Below are positions 37,996 to 38,184 of a stretch of 38,184 nucleotides of DNA, piece after piece. The stretch spans positions 70,473-108,656 of the forward strand of contig MU271280.1 in assembly GCA_021432655.1 (NCBI GenBank), given 5' to 3'. Below the pieces are notes generated by a model. That model had not been told where the DNA came from. It worked only from the letters and a program-made list of their open reading frames with translations, and did not search any database. The position numbers and the translations under genes are program-made. Origin of the DNA: Atractiella rhizophila (taxonomy: Eukaryota). Numbering within the stretch: position 1 is the first letter of the stretch; the number at the start of each line of letters is the position of its first letter.

Positions 37996-38184
37996 GTGGA
38001 TGCGTCTGGTTATAGCTCACTCTCGTCTTTTCGGCAATTTTCTTTTCGGCATCATTTCGACGCTCAAGAGTGTACCATGCATGATCTTGGCTTCTTTGCT
38101 CACGCGGTATATATGCTGATTATGGCTTTTTGATGACCTTTTGATGACTCGAAGTCGTTGATACTTTGTACCTGATGTAGAGTA

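Noticed and set aside
38129..38176. TGATGA twice followed by CTGA, resembling C/D-box snoRNA motifs
   Set aside because: Span is under 50 nt, with no terminal stem or recognisable rRNA guide; likely 3' UTR sequence.

Overview
Eukaryotic, gene-dense, intron-rich fungal DNA. Many ~42-60 nt GT-AG introns and the protein content suggest a basidiomycete (inference). About 19 intact-looking genes can be read, in order: a double-forkhead transcription factor, a mitochondrial phosphate carrier, a disordered hypothetical protein, two tandem copies of a Ubc4/UBE2D-E-type E2 with a triple-SIM tail, an Old Yellow Enzyme, a ModF-like soluble ABC ATPase, a Srk1/Rck2-type kinase, RNase H2 subunit C, an EF-hand type II NADH dehydrogenase, an ABC1/ADCK kinase, a peroxisomal oxalate-CoA ligase, a PNPOx-like FMN protein split by a -1 frameshift, three RimJ/RimL-type GNAT paralogs, a large Ser/Pro-rich protein with a CUE-like end, HEI10, and a type I membrane protein. 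Two near-identical tandem duplications (1-294/647-940 and ~5688-7185/7187-8689) look like allelic haplotypes or recent duplications. The best novelty candidates are the SIM-tailed E2, the frameshift lying on a slippery heptamer followed by a hairpin, and the two-forkhead protein. No rRNA, tRNA, CRISPR array or transposon was recognised. Exon boundaries were read by eye and are approximate.
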